The translations under genes were made by a program, and so were the position numbers. Of a stretch of DNA of 64,000 bases, positions 63,186 to 64,000 are shown piece by piece (positions within the stretch are counted from its first letter, which is position 1; the number at the start of each line of letters is the position of its first letter). The notes under the pieces were generated by a model. That model was given only the letters and a program-made list of their open reading frames with translations, had not been told where the DNA came from and did no database searches. The DNA lies in contig OZ024741.1 of NCBI GenBank assembly GCA_964016885.1, forward strand, positions 103,106,001-103,170,000. The letters are read 5' to 3'. Source of the DNA: Eledone cirrhosa (Eukaryota).

Positions 63186-63605
63186 TGACTGGAACTAGTA
63201 TAAAAGAGTAAATTGTCTCAATCGTAAAATCGAACCTTAAACGCCATTTTAGCTAACCTACCGGAAGTCTAATATCAATTTACCGCGCTCACGCAGAGAA
63301 TCAATATTAACTTCATAAGAATCTTTCTCTATGAGACGAAACTCATTCATTCATATTCTTTCATCCAACTTAGTCACCCTAACCACAATCCACCGCCATT
63401 ACTACCACCACCTCCGACGCTATTACAGCCACCGCCACCACCACATCAGATGCCTACTACATCCAATACTCACTCCCTCTCTCTCACAACTTCTCCCTAT
63501 TCCACCACACCCTTTAGAGTGGGTGTCACTTAGTTCCTGTCGGAGAAACATCAATAACAAGATCGACTGAATAATTCGCAATCACCTAAGTGGTTTTTAA
63601 ATGAC

Positions 63606-63648
<43 letters not shown>

Positions 63649-63672
63649 GTAATAATAATAATACCAACAACA

Positions 63673-63723
<51 letters not shown>

Positions 63724-63741
63724 TACAACAACAACAATAAT
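63606..63741. repeat. (AAT)n(GAT)n trinucleotide repeats
   Basis: Direct reading. Confidence 0.95.
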
Positions 63742-63803
63742 TGAAGAATATTATATTTCTTAAGAGTTTACATCAGATATGTTTTTTTCTTTGTGACTCT
63801 ACT

Positions 63804-63895
<92 letters not shown>

Positions 63896-64000
63896 ACTCA
63901 CCTACTCTCTCTCTTTCTCTCGCTTCCCTCTCTCTTGACACAAACACAAACATGTATATATATATATATATATAAATGAAAAGTATAGAAATTATTGTGA

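Noticed and set aside
63330-63570. His-rich ORF
   Set aside because: Degenerate (CAC)n low complexity with no domain or splice support.

Overview
Repeat-dominated animal DNA, most likely an octopod cephalopod (inferred from the Nin-/CORE-type SINEs and the microsatellite load). No confident host gene is present. Most ORFs in the track are microsatellite or antisense artefacts. The window holds decayed transposons: Penelope-like elements (PLEs, Neptune- and Naiad-type), two R4/Dong-like RLE LINEs in (TACA)n, two tandem Tx1/L1-like LINEs next to (GATA)n, RTE and CR1 remnants, RTE-derived bipartite non-autonomous elements, tRNA-SINEs, a mariner relic and a non-autonomous Helitron. The main signal, found by manual folding, is about 25 type I hammerhead ribozyme (HHR) motifs or remnants on both strands. 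They belong to more than 10 unrelated non-coding families sitting in (TA)n. Several are partial-tandem retrozyme-like units (483, 486, 541 and 659 bp monomers). Their 3' ends fall at an internal ATAT(A) matching the target, and their 5' ends or fold-backs fall at the cleavage site or in stem II. All structures are hand-folded, and no activity or database novelty has been tested.
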